From the NCBI RefSeq assembly GCF_006345805.1, contig NW_021836705.1, positions 1-22,689 of the forward strand: a DNA stretch of 22,689 nt. Direction: 5' to 3'. The position numbers and the translations under genes were made by a program. Shown here one piece after another: positions 22,135 through 22,689 of the stretch; within the stretch, counting starts at the first letter, position 1; each line of letters begins with the position of its first letter. Source of the stretch: Octopus sinensis (taxonomy: Eukaryota). Below the pieces are notes generated by a model. That model ran no database searches, was not told the DNA's origin, and was given only the letters and a program-made list of their open reading frames with translations.

Positions 22135-22180
22135 TGACCTTGACCTTTTTGTTCAATACAGTGACCAGCATGTATGACCT
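22135..22180 (-). promoter_or_regulatory. Cluster of nuclear-receptor half-sites (TGACCT x3, TGACCA x1)
   Basis: TGACCTTGACCT at 22135-22146 (DR0, containing the TCAAGGTCA ERR/SF-1 element on the minus strand), TGACCA at 22162, TGACCT at 22175. Confidence 0.2.
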
Positions 22181-22496
22181 TCACATTCAGTAACTGCAGT
22201 GATATATTTATTATATAGCCTCGGCATTCTGCTGTCTGAAAAAAAGGTTCGGGAGCTTAATGATTCTCTGATTAATATGTTAGGAAATTAACACCTACAA
22301 CACACCCTTTAATAAATGTGTGAGTGTGTGTGTTTGTGTGTGAGTGAGTGAGAGAGAGAGAGAGGAGAGAGAGAAAGAAATCATATTTAACACGCTCGAG
22401 CGCACTCGGACGTGGGAAGCTTTTCCACTGCGGAAATAATCCCGAGAGAAATTTCTCCTCTTAGACAACGTATGTGAAAACACATTAGGTTGTGAA

Positions 22497-22504
22497 TGAC
22501 GTCA
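22497..22504. promoter_or_regulatory. Full CRE palindrome TGACGTCA in a CpG-rich segment
   Basis: Exact CRE plus half-CRE CGTCA at 22526-22530; about 17 CpG within 22391-22580. Confidence 0.3.
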
Positions 22505-22689
22505 CTGGACCACGGGAGTCATGCGCGTCAGCGTTCTTTCACGGCGTGAGTTATGAATTTTATCAGCCGGAAAAGGACGAACTGGGTCTTATATTATTAG
22601 AATATTATTAGAAGGCTAATGTGCGTAAAGATTTGTCAAACTAGAATTAAAGCAATGTATTCGCAAGAAGCAGCGTTGAATAAAATATA

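Noticed and set aside
1-22689. Most ORFs in the supplied track (poly-YI, HT, SL, LLL, III)
   Set aside because: Translations of microsatellites; no recognisable domains.

Overview
AT-rich, microsatellite-dense eukaryotic DNA, either intronic or intergenic. The SINE families, as I recall them, point to a coleoid cephalopod, most likely Octopus. No recognisable protein-coding ORF is present; nearly all tracked ORFs are translated microsatellites or SINEs. The window contains: (1) about 9 tRNA-derived SINE copies or fragments from three apparent families, including a head-to-tail dimer; (2) a 470-bp element embedded in an (ATT)n tract; (3) two 'core + (AT)n spacer' higher-order tandem arrays; (4) two long, mutually unrelated fold-back elements (arms about 104 bp and 84 bp, about 81-83% identical by hand alignment) plus two ~60-nt pre-miRNA-sized hairpins; (5) splice-signal-defined candidate exons on the + strand, most notably a 6-nt microexon candidate. 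I found no clearly new biological system. The best leads are the microexon/exon chain, the dsRNA-forming fold-backs and a templated-insertion repair scar inside a SINE.
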